Below, one piece after another: positions 40,034 to 50,213 of a DNA stretch of 64,000 nucleotides. The notes beneath the pieces are model-generated. The model was not told the origin of the DNA, did not search any database, and saw only the letters and a list, made by a program, of their open reading frames with translations. A program made the position numbers and the translations under genes. The first letter of the stretch is position 1, and every line of letters begins with the position of its first letter. The DNA comes from an uncultured delta proteobacterium (lineage in GTDB: Bacteria > Desulfobacterota > Binatia > UBA9968), in NCBI GenBank assembly GCA_963745035.1, contig CAVUVW010000002.1, positions 172,808 to 236,807 of the forward strand, given 5' to 3'.

Positions 40034-40145
40034 GCGCGCGCATTGCGAACGCTGGGCGGCCGATTTCACGAGAAAATATTGCGGGTGCGTGTCCGTTGTG
40101 GTGGAATCCTATTGACGCACCAACTACTCGTGAAGGAGATATCAA

Positions 40146-40517
40146 ATGCCGGCAATGACTCCCGAAGATATCTGCCGCCTATTCCAACAATTTATGGCTA
40201 GAGGCGATCTTGACGCAGTGATGAGCGTCTACGATCCTGAAGCAGTCTTTCTGAACCAATCGCGTGAAGTCACGAAGTGCACGGAAGACTTGCGACGGGA
40301 GTTGGCTCCTCTAGCCGCTGCGAAGACCGCCTTTGACTTCAACGTCAAGCAAATCATCCAGGCTGGCAACATCGCACTGATGCACACGGAGTGGAAGGTC
40401 TCGGGGCCGCAGCTGATGACCGTGTATGCGATCGAGGTCGCTCGTCGCCAGCCCGACGGATCGTGGTGCTGGCTCATCGGCGATCCCTACACGGTTGGCA
40501 GGGAAGTGGGCTCTTAA
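40146..40517 (+). CDS. NTF2-like / SnoaL-like protein
   Basis: GDLDAVMSVYDPEA, EVARRQPDGSW..IGDP; AAGGAG RBS. Confidence 0.85.
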   Translation: MPAMTPEDICRLFQQFMARGDLDAVMSVYDPEAVFLNQSREVTKCTEDLRRELAPLAAAKTAFDFNVKQIIQAGNIALMHTEWKVSGPQLMTVYAIEVARRQPDGSWCWLIGDPYTVGREVGS

Positions 40518-40698
40518 AAACGCACGCCCGTAAGGAGCCCGCGACCGCGGCGCAACCACAACGGCAATAAAGACATTGTCTCGTTTGCCGCGAACAATCT
40601 GATTAGCGTGGAGTGAGCCGGCACAATGCTTCAGCGATCGCTGTAGCGCCCGTAATGTAAGATAGCGCAATTTTCCAAATCTTACTCAGGAGAAAAAC

Positions 40699-42084
40699 AT
40701 GACGAATATACAGACAGCAAAAGTGGAGGAGTTGAAAAATAACTTCAGCGGCGAAATTTTTCTTCCGAGTGACGATGCTTACGAAAGCGCACGCCAGATC
40801 TGGAATGCGATGATCGACAAGCACCCGGCGCTCATCGTCCGTTGTGTCACCGTGTCGGACGTTGTCGCCGCGGTGAACTTCGCGAGGGACAACAGGCTCT
40901 TGCTCGCCGTCCGCGGCGGCGGACATAACATTGCCGGCAATGCTATGTGCGACGACGGTATCGTCATTGACCTCTCGCGGATGAAGGCCGCAAAGGTCGA
41001 CGCTAACGCACGCCGCGTTGCCATCGAGGGAGGCGCCACGCTCGCGGACCTCGACGCCGCCACCCAGGCTCATGGCCTCGCCACACCGCTCGGCATCAAC
41101 TCCACCACGGGCGTCGCGGGACTGACCCTCGGCGGCGGATTCGGCTGGCTCAGCCGCAAATACGGTATGACCATCGACAACCTCGAGTCCACGGAGGTCG
41201 TGACCGCGGCTGGTGAGGTGGTGCGCGCCAGCTCGACCGAGCACCCCGACCTGTTCTGGGCGCTCCGTGGCGGCGGTGGGAATTTCGGTGTCGTCACGCG
41301 CTTCGAGTTCCGACTCCATTCCGTCGGTCCGAATGTGCTAAGCGGCCTGATCGTCTATCCGATCTCCGCGGCGAAGTCGGTGCTGCAACAATATCGCGAA
41401 TTCGTCGCACAGACACCGGACGATCTCTCCGTGTGGGCGGTCCTGCGCCAGGCGCCACCGCTGCCGTTCCTTCCGGAGAAGGTCCACGGCACGGGCATCC
41501 TCGCGCTCGCTTTGCTGCATGCAGGCGACCCGAAAAAGGGCGAGCCGCTCATCGAGCCGCTGCGAAAGTTCGGCACTCCCGTCGGTGAGCATGTCGGTGT
41601 CCAGCCCTACACCGCCTGGCAGCAGGCCTTCGACCCCCTGCTTACCAGCGGCGCGCGCAATTACTGGAAGTCCCACAATTTCTCGACGCTCACCGATGGA
41701 CTATTCGACGCCATCATCGACTACATCCACAGGCTGCCGTCGACTCAGTGCGAGATCTTCTTGGGCGCCCTCGGTGGCGCCACCGCACGGCCGACCCCGG
41801 AGTCCACGGCATATGCCCACCGCGATGCTCAGTTCGTTATGAACGTCCACGGCCGCTGGGAGAACCCAGCCGACGATCCGCGCTGCATCGGCTGGGCGCG
41901 CTCCTTCTTCGACGCCTCGGCCCCCTTCGCCAGTGGCGGCGTTTACGTCAATTTCCTCACCGCAGACGAGGGTGACCGCGTCGGCGCCGCCTACGGCTCG
42001 AACTACCATCGTCTCGCCCAGGTGAAGCGCAAGTACGACCCGGATAACCTTTTCTGCATGAACCAGAATATCAAGCCGGCCTGA
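40699..42084 (+). CDS. FAD-linked oxidoreductase, berberine bridge enzyme family
   Basis: RGGGHN, GLTLGGG, LRGGGGNFGVVT, YVNF, KRKYDPDNLF. Confidence 0.93.
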   Translation: MTNIQTAKVEELKNNFSGEIFLPSDDAYESARQIWNAMIDKHPALIVRCVTVSDVVAAVNFARDNRLLLAVRGGGHNIAGNAMCDDGIVIDLSRMKAAKVDANARRVAIEGGATLADLDAATQAHGLATPLGINSTTGVAGLTLGGGFGWLSRKYGMTIDNLESTEVVTAAGEVVRASSTEHPDLFWALRGGGGNFGVVTRFEFRLHSVGPNVLSGLIVYPISAAKSVLQQYREFVAQTPDDLSVWAVLRQAPPLPFLPEKVHGTGILALALLHAGDPKKGEPLIEPLRKFGTPVGEHVGVQPYTAWQQAFDPLLTSGARNYWKSHNFSTLTDGLFDAIIDYIHRLPSTQCEIFLGALGGATARPTPESTAYAHRDAQFVMNVHGRWENPADDPRCIGWARSFFDASAPFASGGVYVNFLTADEGDRVGAAYGSNYHRLAQVKRKYDPDNLFCMNQNIKPA

Positions 42085-42097
42085 GAAAATGGGATGC

Positions 42098-42157
42098 GCC
42101 GTATCGACCGGTTGTAGCGGACGGTGTTTCGCCGCCGCTGAACTGGGACGGTTAGTA
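42098..42157 (+). other. Degenerate integron attC-like site
   Basis: GTTGTAGCGGACGG...CCGCCGCTGAAC...GTTAG: imperfect palindrome with unpaired bases, ending in a GTT core. Confidence 0.5.
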
Positions 42158-42237
42158 GCGTACTTGTAGCTTTCGAAGTTGTCGATGAGCGGTGAACTTG
42201 ATGTCCTAGAGCTGACAAAACACTCGAGGGCACTATT

Positions 42238-42966
42238 ATGATGCCCCCAACTACGGTCTTTGGTGAGCGGCATGTTGTGACCATCCAGTCGTCGGTAGCT
42301 GGGCACCGAAAGATCTTTTCTGTCGGCTTCGGCAAAGATGGCAGCGTGTATGTGTACCTGCCTTACTTCTCGGAGACCGACGGAATACTGCTCCGCCAAG
42401 TCGGCCGCGTAGTCAACGGAGTGGCCTTAGTAGAACGCAAAGAGCTTCCGCACATGACATCGAGTCGCGTGAAGTTCAGCTACCATCCGAATGGTCGTGC
42501 GCACTTCTCACAAACGGGCAAGGTCAAGACGGTTGTGATCGGTAGCCTTCCACCACTTTTGATGCACGACGGAGTGCTGTTCCAAGTGCAAGCCTATGGT
42601 TTCGATCACTATGCACTAGTGGTACCGAAGGACTCGAAGAGGGTTCTCGTGGACTGTACGCCTGATCCGGATGCGCTTGGAGTGGTCGTCACGGGTCATA
42701 TCTCCAAGCCAGGGGTATGCGCCGTCGAGAGTGCGGGAGAGCCGAGGCTCGTTGCTCGATCGCAATACTCTTCGATGCTCATCGCGCTGGGCTACAAGGT
42801 GCTGCGTGCGCCTGCGCACTATGACGGAGCCCATTTGATCTTCGCGGGAGGGCCTTCAGCGCCGGCGATCATGGCCCCCGGAGCGGCGCGGAGCGTGCTC
42901 AGCGCGGCATACCCTCGCGGTAGCGCTCCCGCCCTTTTCCCCGGCGCAGAATCGGCTGACCTATGA
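42238..42966 (+). CDS. Hypothetical protein
   Basis: 242-aa ORF with KFSYHPNGRAHFSQTGK; codon style differs from neighbours. Confidence 0.65.
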   Translation: MMPPTTVFGERHVVTIQSSVAGHRKIFSVGFGKDGSVYVYLPYFSETDGILLRQVGRVVNGVALVERKELPHMTSSRVKFSYHPNGRAHFSQTGKVKTVVIGSLPPLLMHDGVLFQVQAYGFDHYALVVPKDSKRVLVDCTPDPDALGVVVTGHISKPGVCAVESAGEPRLVARSQYSSMLIALGYKVLRAPAHYDGAHLIFAGGPSAPAIMAPGAARSVLSAAYPRGSAPALFPGAESADL

Positions 42967-43094
42967 GTCGGAGACCAGGTAACCAGCTGCAGTAGCCGGC
43001 GAGTCCCAACCGGCGCGCGCCTGACCAGCAGAGAGGTTATGACGATGACGCCGACTATTTGGAGAAGAGATCCTCCGTTCCACAACCTCGTTTT

Positions 43095-44181
43095 CTACAG
43101 CCCATAAAACGTCTTGGCGTTGTCGTAGAGAATTTTCTGCACGGCTGATGGGCTGATCTCGCCTTTTTCCGCGCGCTCTTTTAGCAGATGCGGGAACTCG
43201 TATTCCATCGATGAATCGCGGTGGGTGTAGTCGGAGCCGATCATCAGGCTGTCTTCGCCGGCGACTTTGAGGACATAAGGCAAGTCTTCATCGACCTGGC
43301 AGGTGACGTACATGCGATTGGCCTTGAGCAATTCCGACGGACAACGTGTAGCGAGCGAATTGGCTGAAGGTGCCGGCGCCGTCGGCGGCTTTTTCCATGC
43401 GGCGTTTGAGTTCCCAGGCGATAAAGGGAATCCATGAGCAGCCGGCTTCGATGATGCCGAAGCGCAGCTTGGGGTATTTCACCGGCAGTTGATGCCGGAT
43501 GATAGTGTGAAACGCGTGCACCGTCGGGAGTTGGGAGCGCATGAAAGAGCCGAGCGAAAACTCGCGCGCGGGGACGAAGTCGGGCGTGCCGGAACCGATG
43601 TGAACGCAGATGGGCAGGTCCAAGCGATTGGCTTCTTCGTAGAGCGGGAAGAAGTACGGATCTGCGGGCCATTTCCCGGCTTCCAAATCACCTTTCTTCA
43701 AGATGCCGCAGGCGCCGTGGTCTTTGGCGAACTGAAGTTCCTTGATCGTTTCGTCCATGTTCATCAGTGGCGGCAGGCAAACCCAGCGCAGCCGGCCGTG
43801 GGACTCGGCGCAGCGATCGGCAAGCCAGCGGTTGTAGCTGCGCCGCAGCGCGGTGGACACTTCCGGGCGCTCAGTGGCTTCCATGAGAAATAACGTCGGG
43901 TAGAGCACCTGGACCTCGGTGCCCATGGCGTCCATGTCGCGCAGTCGCGCCGGCACGTCCAAGAGCTCTCTTGTTTCCACAGTCGTCCGAGTGTTGTTGT
44001 CATCGCGGACAAATCTCATCTGTCGGTGGCCATCGATCAGCCAGTAACGCACCGGTGTCTTGCTAGGGTCGACGCGGCTGGGATGTTGAGTGATCGGTTT
44101 GAACTCTTGCTCGAAGTCGCGCAGGTATTCCCAGGTCGCTTCGGTTTCATCGATGTGGGTGTCGGCGTCGATGATCGGCAT
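43095..44181 (-). CDS. Amidohydrolase_2 family protein (frameshift near 43337)
   Basis: IDADTH, ICVH, IEAG, GSDYTH; colinear with the intact paralogue at 58477. Confidence 0.9.
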
Positions 44182-44235
44182 GGCACACCTCCGATTCTTC
44201 AGGGATGATAATCATAAAGAACGGGAAAAGCGCAA

Positions 44236-44271
44236 CGTTCAAAACGTTCAAGCCGTTCAAATCGTTCAACA
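44236..44271. repeat. Four-unit 9-bp tandem repeat (CGTTCAAnn)
   Basis: CGTTCAAAA CGTTCAAGC CGTTCAAAT CGTTCAACA; related array at 51360. Confidence 0.8.
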
Positions 44272-44306
44272 CGTGGATCAAGTCCCGTTAGGTCGCTGAG
44301 GCAGTT

Positions 44307-44383
44307 CGTCATTCCCGCATGCCTTCAGCATGGAATCCAGGCGAACCTTGACTGGACCCCGATAAAAACATTCCCGGGGGACG
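44307..44383. repeat. REP-like palindromic element (GTCATTCCCG family)
   Basis: CGTCATTCCCG..GGAATCCAG / CTGGACCCC..CGGGGGACG. Confidence 0.6.
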
Positions 44384-44436
44384 CCTCCAAAAATGCCGGC
44401 GTCTAGCGCGCTCTTATTCAATTGTGCTCGAGAATG

Positions 44437-44465
44437 AAAAAAGGCCACTCGCATGAGTGGCCTTT
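44437..44465 (-). terminator. Rho-independent terminator
   Basis: AAAAAA-GGCCACTC-GCAT-GAGTGGCC-TTT downstream of the cupin gene. Confidence 0.8.
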
Positions 44466-44496
44466 CTGAGCTTGCTCAGCGCGGGACGCAGAGCGA

Positions 44497-44988
44497 TCAG
44501 CCGGCGGATTCGGCGAAGAACGTGCCGGATTCGATGGGCGGCAGATTGCGGTTCTCCGGTGTGCCGCTGACCAGGGGGTTGCCGTCGGTGCCGAGGCGCG
44601 CGGGCTGGCCTTCCGGCTGCTGATTTTTCACGCCGGCGCCGACGCGAATCACGACGAGATTGCCCTCACCGGTGTTGAGATATCGGTAGTAGGCGCCCTT
44701 CGGGATCATCACGCCTTGATACTGCTTTACTTCGATTTCGCCGCCATTTTCATCGAACACGCTCATCTGTCCTTCCAACACGATAAAAGCGTGGTCTTCG
44801 TTGAGGTGCGTGTGGATCTCGTTCTCGCCGCCCTCGGCGTTGATCTTCGTATGAATCCTCATGTTCGAAGTCTCGGCGACGAGCTGGGTGACGCGGCCCT
44901 GTTTCATGTACGGCGTCTTCAAGGAGAAGAGCGCTGTTTTCGGTTTGTCCTGCGATTTTAGTTTGGCTGCGGTGGCGCTGGTTTGCAT
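44497..44988 (-). CDS. Cupin domain protein
   Basis: GGENEIHTHLNEDHAFIVLEG, IPKGAYYRYLN. Confidence 0.85.
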   Translation of the reverse strand: MQTSATAAKLKSQDKPKTALFSLKTPYMKQGRVTQLVAETSNMRIHTKINAEGGENEIHTHLNEDHAFIVLEGQMSVFDENGGEIEVKQYQGVMIPKGAYYRYLNTGEGNLVVIRVGAGVKNQQPEGQPARLGTDGNPLVSGTPENRNLPPIESGTFFAESAG

Positions 44989-45020
44989 GTTAGTTCCTTT
45001 GTTCTTTGAAGTTTCGCGTC

Positions 45021-45079
45021 GAGACCCTTCGCGTTCGCTCAGGGTGACTCAGTCGCGCGCATCTAGCGTGACTGAGTCA
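45021..45079. repeat. Half REP-like element plus hairpin
   Basis: GAGACCCTTCGCGTTCGCTCAGGGTGAC followed by the TGACTCAGTC...GACTGAGTCA stem. Confidence 0.55.
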
Positions 45080-46135
45080 ATTATTTACGCCGTCGATCTT
45101 CAGATCGTACAGCTTGATCACGTTCTCACGTACGACTTTGCGCAGCACGTCCTTGGGCAGATGGCCGAGCTCCTCGGCGATCACTTTGCGCGAGTGCGGC
45201 CAGGGCGAAGCGGCGTGCGGGTAGTCGTTGGACCACATGAACGTATCCTGGCCGAAGCGGCTCATGAGCAGGCCACCGCATGGATCGCTGAAGAAAGTGG
45301 CGTAGACTTGCTCGTCGATATACTCACCCGGCAGTTTTTCCATGAACGGCAGCGGCACTTTGGTTTTGAAGCGCACGTAGTACTTGTCCCACTCGTGTTG
45401 GTAGAACGGCAGCCAGGCGCACTCGTTTTCGACATAAACCAATTTCAATTTTGGGAATCGAGCGAGGACGCCGGTAAAAACGAAATCGAAGAGGGTATTG
45501 GCGGCGTCGTTCACCTTGTCGTTGACCGCGGTTTTGTAGGTATCGAGTCCTTTGCGCTCCCACCGGCTGTAGTTGAAGCCGGTAAGGATATGCAGATTGA
45601 CGGGCATGTTGAGCGCGGACGCCGCTTCCCAGAACGGATCGTAATAGTCGGTCCGAAACGACAGGTGCTCGGGCGGCACTTGCCAGATCAGGCAGCCGAC
45701 CATGCCGGCTTTCTTACAGCGTTCGAGCTCCTTGACGGCGTTCTTGATGTTGTAAAGCGAGATCATCGGAATGCCGATCAGGCGTCCCGGCGTCACTTTG
45801 CAGTAGTCGATCATCCAATCGTTGGCGATTTGGAAACAAGCTTCCTGGCACTCCGCGTGTTCCATGGCGAACAAGCGAAGACCGAGAGTCGGGTAGAGCA
45901 CTTCGGCGGAAACCCCGTCGGTTTCCATCTCGCCGATGCGCGCGTGCGGGTCCCAACCGCCGGGCTTCTCGCCGGGAGAATTGCGCTTGGGAAAAGCGGG
46001 ATACTTGCCCTTCAGCGACGGCGGCAGATTCTTGATCCACAGATCTTCCGGCTCCTGAATATGGGAATCCGCGGAAATGATCTTTTCGCCTGCCAATACG
46101 GTCTCCGGTGTGTATGCGCTTGCCGCTGTGCTCAT
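45077..46135 (-). CDS. Amidohydrolase_2 family protein
   Basis: ISADSH, VNLH, VENE, WSNDYPH; GGAGG RBS. Confidence 0.9.
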   Translation of the reverse strand: MSTAASAYTPETVLAGEKIISADSHIQEPEDLWIKNLPPSLKGKYPAFPKRNSPGEKPGGWDPHARIGEMETDGVSAEVLYPTLGLRLFAMEHAECQEACFQIANDWMIDYCKVTPGRLIGIPMISLYNIKNAVKELERCKKAGMVGCLIWQVPPEHLSFRTDYYDPFWEAASALNMPVNLHILTGFNYSRWERKGLDTYKTAVNDKVNDAANTLFDFVFTGVLARFPKLKLVYVENECAWLPFYQHEWDKYYVRFKTKVPLPFMEKLPGEYIDEQVYATFFSDPCGGLLMSRFGQDTFMWSNDYPHAASPWPHSRKVIAEELGHLPKDVLRKVVRENVIKLYDLKIDGVNN

Positions 46136-46241
46136 GATTCCTCCCTTGCAGTACTCGTTGATTCTTTTCGAAATCTCTATGCTCACCCTAGAAACGGATC
46201 CAGTGACTGATCACTACGAAACCTGCTCGTTCAAGTCAAAT

Positions 46242-47139
46242 TCACTTCTTTTGCTCGGCGAGCTTGGTGGCGCGCCAGGGTACCGATCGCGCCCCGCCCG
46301 GCGCGGTTGCGCTTCCTTCCATCTTTCCGTCGGTGACTTTGCCGGTCAACCGATAGAGAGTGGCGCCGACTAAAAGATCGAAGCTGATCTGGTCGCCGCG
46401 GAGCAAGGTATTGTCGATCTTCATCGGTCCCAATAGATTTTCTGCGGATGCGTTGATCATTTGATACTGTTGCGCGAAGTCCAGCACGATCAATTGCCGG
46501 CTGCTGCCGCCGGCGTCGAACTCCATGCGCCATCCGCCGCGCACGACGCTGGGAACGATCCACAAGTAGAGATAGGCCTTATCGGTGCCGTTGACTTTGA
46601 CCTTCTCCGGCACCGTGAGCGAGAACTGCCGGTCGGGATACCACTCACGCATGTAATAATCGTGCGCGACGATGCGCGTTCCGGGCTTCAGCTCCGCCAA
46701 CAGCTTCGGGCGGAGTTTTTCCATGAAATCGGGCAGCACGTAAAGGGTCACGACCGTGGCCTTGCCGATATCGGCTTTGAACATGTCCTGCTCGATAAAT
46801 TTCGCACGATCGTCCACGCCGTCGGCTTTGGCCTGCCTGTTGGAGAGATCCACCAGCTTCTTGTCAATGTCCACTCCCAGTCCGTTGGCGTTCAAAGTTT
46901 TCGCCGCGGTGATGATCATCCGGCCGTCGCCGGAGCCGAGATCGATGACAAAATCCTTGCCCGTGACGTTAGCCATCTTGAGCATTTCATCGACGACCAC
47001 CTGTGGCGTCGGCACGTAAGGGAAGCTTGCTGAGCTCCTGGGCCGACGATGCGGCCGCTGAAAACAGAGCCAGCACAACGGTCCACGAAACAATCGACAT
47101 TCGCTTTGCGAGCGGGAAAAATCTTTGCCGCGGTGTCAT
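46242..47139 (-). CDS. Exported class I SAM-dependent methyltransferase (frameshift near 47028)
   Basis: Signal peptide ending ASSA-Q, then PYVPTP, IDLGSGDGR, VVTLYVL, LKPGTRIVAHD. Confidence 0.85.
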
Positions 47140-47261
47140 GACGAAACTCCTTGCGATGGTGGTCCATAATAATCCTATTTGTCCGGGGAATTGCAACTTG
47201 TCGGGTTCGCGGAAGCGCATGAGCGCGCTCCCTGGGCGATAACCGCAGCGACCGAAGTCGC

Positions 47262-47384
47262 ATAGCAGATTGCTGAAAGCCTGTCGGGTCTTTGACCTGC
47301 TCAGGCGAATGGAGAATTGAAATAGTCAGTGATCCCAGTCATACCGGGGCCACTCGAAGCGTTCGAACTTTCGACAATATGCCG
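47262..47384. repeat. Degenerate MITE-like element
   Basis: TAGCAGATTGCTGAAA...TTTCGACAATATGC ends resemble the termini of the 4251 element. Confidence 0.35.
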
Positions 47385-47500
47385 CTTGCTCGCTCCTCGC
47401 CGCCGAAACGCAACGGGATAGAAATCTTCACGAAACCGATGCGGCTTGACGCTTCGGGAAATTCCCCCTATTTTCTCGCATAGCGAGGAGAAAGCAGCGC

Positions 47501-48536
47501 GTGAACTTTGGATACTACATTCTCAACACCTACGTTCCGGAGCTTGACGGCGATAGCCGATCGGTCTACAGCCGCTGGCTCGAACAGATCGACGCGGCGG
47601 AGTCGCTCGGCTTCGATTCGCTCTGGGTAACCGAGCATCACTTTCGCCACTTCGGCGGCATGATGCCGAGTCCGTCCGTGATTCTGGCGGCGGCATCGCA
47701 GCGCACGAAAAAACTGCGTCTCGGCGCGGCGGTGTCGATCATTCCGATGCACAATCCCCTGCGCATCGCCGAAGAATTCGCCATGGTCGACCAGCTTTCC
47801 GGCGGGCGGCTCAACTTCGGCGCCGGGCGCGGCATGCATCCCACCGAGTATGCGGTCTTCGGCTACGAGTGGAACGACGCACAAAAGCGGCTGCCCGAAG
47901 GGCTCGACGTGATCCTTCGCGCCTGGAGCGGCGAGGAATTCGAATGGCAGGGTGAGCACTATCGTTTCCCCAAGCTGCGGGTTTACCCACAGCCTTTGCA
48001 ACGTCCCCACCCGCCGATTTACGTAACCGCGAATCGCGACCCGGAAAGTTTCAACATGATCGGCAGGCGCGGCCATCATTTGATGACTTTGCCGTGGATC
48101 GCGACCAACGAGGAGCAGCGGCCGCGGGTGGAAATGTATCGGACGGCATTGCGCGACGGCGGCCACAAGGTCGAGGACCGAGACGTTTTCACCATGTACC
48201 CGATCTACGTCGGCGCCGACGACCGCGCAGGCGCGCAGCGAAGTCATCGCGCATTGGCACCGCTGGCGCGGCTTCGCTTTGGAAGCGCTCAATCTCACTC
48301 CGGGGAATCCCGCCTATGACCGCGTGTTCGGTCACCTGGATTACGACGCGATGCTGCGCGACAGCCGCGGCGTGTTCGGCGGTCCGGAAACCTGCGCGCG
48401 GATTTTGCAGCGAATCGGCGAAGTCGTCGGCACGACCCACATCGGTTTGACCTTTCACTTCGGCGGGCTGAGCCAGGACAAAGTGCTCAAGTCGATGGAG
48501 CGGTGCGCTCGTCTCGTGCTGCCCGCGCTGCGTTAG
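47501..48536 (+). CDS. LLM class flavin-dependent oxidoreductase (frameshift near 48225)
   Basis: GFDSLWVTEHHF, HNPLRIAEE, SGGRLNFGAGRG, PQPLQRPHPP. Confidence 0.9.
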
Positions 48537-48666
48537 GATGCTTCCCGCCGCGTGCGTGATTGCGCGCGCTTTCGATCGCGCCGACTGAGCTGAAACTTTA
48601 AACTGACAACTGCCTCATCAGCAGTCGGCGAGTGGGACGGATCAAACCTTCAACGAAAGAGACACC

Positions 48667-50127
48667 GTGAAAGCACTGCAATTCGAAGAGCTCAAATCAT
48701 TGGACCTGCAAAAATGCGCGAGCGTCGGCGATATCGTCGCCGGCCTGCGCTACTGCGCCTTTGGCGCGCGCATGCTCGGTGAAGCCGCGGAGACGATTTA
48801 CCAGATGGCAACGGCGAAAGACCGGCCGGTGCTCGTCTACGACGGACTGGAAGGGTCGCCGTTGGGGCGTCTCCTCGAAGGTCTGGTCCGAAAACGGCGG
48901 TTTCGTAAGATCGTCACGCCGGCGCGCTTCGCCAAATCCAAGAGCGGCGCGGAAAACTTCTTGGTTGTCGGAGGTTTTTCCGAAAGGGACGCGGAAGCGA
49001 TCTACAAAAAGAAGGGCCGCGCGATCTTCATCAATTCCTTTGACATGGCGCGGCCCGGGCAGGTTCGCGACGGCTATTTTCCCGACGCCGTATTCGCCGA
49101 TCCGCGCTACGTTATGCCGATCATCGATGCCGCCCTCGACGAGTGGATCGAGCACAAGGCCAGCTCGATCGGCTCGCTGATGGCCAAGCTGGCGTCGTAC
49201 GGCGGGCTGGCGGCTCAGGTGGCGCGCGGCGCAAAGGCGCTCGAAGCGATGGCCAATGATAAAAACTGCGCGCGCTTTCTTACCATCAGCGGCGCGATGA
49301 CCGTCGGTAAAATGGATCTGGTGATCTGCGACATGATCGAGCAGGGCTGGATTCATGCGATCTCCTCGACCGGCGCATTGATGGCGCACGGCCTGGTCTC
49401 CTCGATCGGGCTCAAACATTACAAATACAACCCCAAATACAACGACACCGAGCTGGCGCGGCGCAAGCTCAATCGCGTAACCGACACCTTGGAGCCCGAG
49501 ACCAATCTCGACACGGTCGAAGAGGTGATCGGCCAAGTCATCGACAAGATCGACGGCAGCCGGCCGCTCAGCCCGACCGAATTGAACAGGCTCATCGGGA
49601 AGCACCTGGCGGAGAATTATCCGAACGAGCGCGGCATTCTCAAATCGGCCTACGTCCACCGGGTGCCGGTGTTCGTGCCCGCGTTCGTCGATTCGGAGCT
49701 CGGCAACGACATTTACATTCACAACATGAAGCGGCGGCGGCGCGGCAAGAAATCGATCCTGATGGACCTGGAGCGCGACAGCAAAGTGTTGATCGATATC
49801 GTGACCGGCTCCAGGCGTTTCGGCATCTTCACCATCGGCGGCGGCGTGCCGCGCAACAACGTGCAGAACGTGGCGCCGCTGATCGAGATCATCAACGAGC
49901 GCCTCGGCCCGACGTTCCCCAACCGGCGCTTCAGCTACGGCGTGAGGATCTGCCCGGACCGGCCGCACTTCGGCCATCTGTCCGGCTGCACCTACTCGGA
50001 GAACGAATCCTGGCGCAAGGCGGACAAGAACGGCATCTACGCCGAGATGATCGCGGACGCCACCCAGGTGTGGCCGTTTCTGGTGAAGTTTCTCATGGAG
50101 CGCCGGTCCGCTGCGCGAGGAAAGTAA
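48667..50127 (+). CDS. Deoxyhypusine synthase-like protein with N-terminal extension
   Basis: TISGAMT, SSTGALMAH, PAFVDSELG, TIGGGVPRN, GHLSGCTYSENESWRK. Confidence 0.88.
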   Translation: MKALQFEELKSLDLQKCASVGDIVAGLRYCAFGARMLGEAAETIYQMATAKDRPVLVYDGLEGSPLGRLLEGLVRKRRFRKIVTPARFAKSKSGAENFLVVGGFSERDAEAIYKKKGRAIFINSFDMARPGQVRDGYFPDAVFADPRYVMPIIDAALDEWIEHKASSIGSLMAKLASYGGLAAQVARGAKALEAMANDKNCARFLTISGAMTVGKMDLVICDMIEQGWIHAISSTGALMAHGLVSSIGLKHYKYNPKYNDTELARRKLNRVTDTLEPETNLDTVEEVIGQVIDKIDGSRPLSPTELNRLIGKHLAENYPNERGILKSAYVHRVPVFVPAFVDSELGNDIYIHNMKRRRRGKKSILMDLERDSKVLIDIVTGSRRFGIFTIGGGVPRNNVQNVAPLIEIINERLGPTFPNRRFSYGVRICPDRPHFGHLSGCTYSENESWRKADKNGIYAEMIADATQVWPFLVKFLMERRSAARGK

Positions 50128-50213
50128 CAACGAGGACTGCGCTCTACAGCTGTTTTTCCGTGTTCAATTGCTTCTGTCAGTTTGCTCGGGACGATAGAAA
50201 GCGAGACCAATTT

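Noticed and set aside
40619-40636. CGGCACAATGCTTCAG as a sigma54 promoter
   Set aside because: The -12 GC dinucleotide is missing
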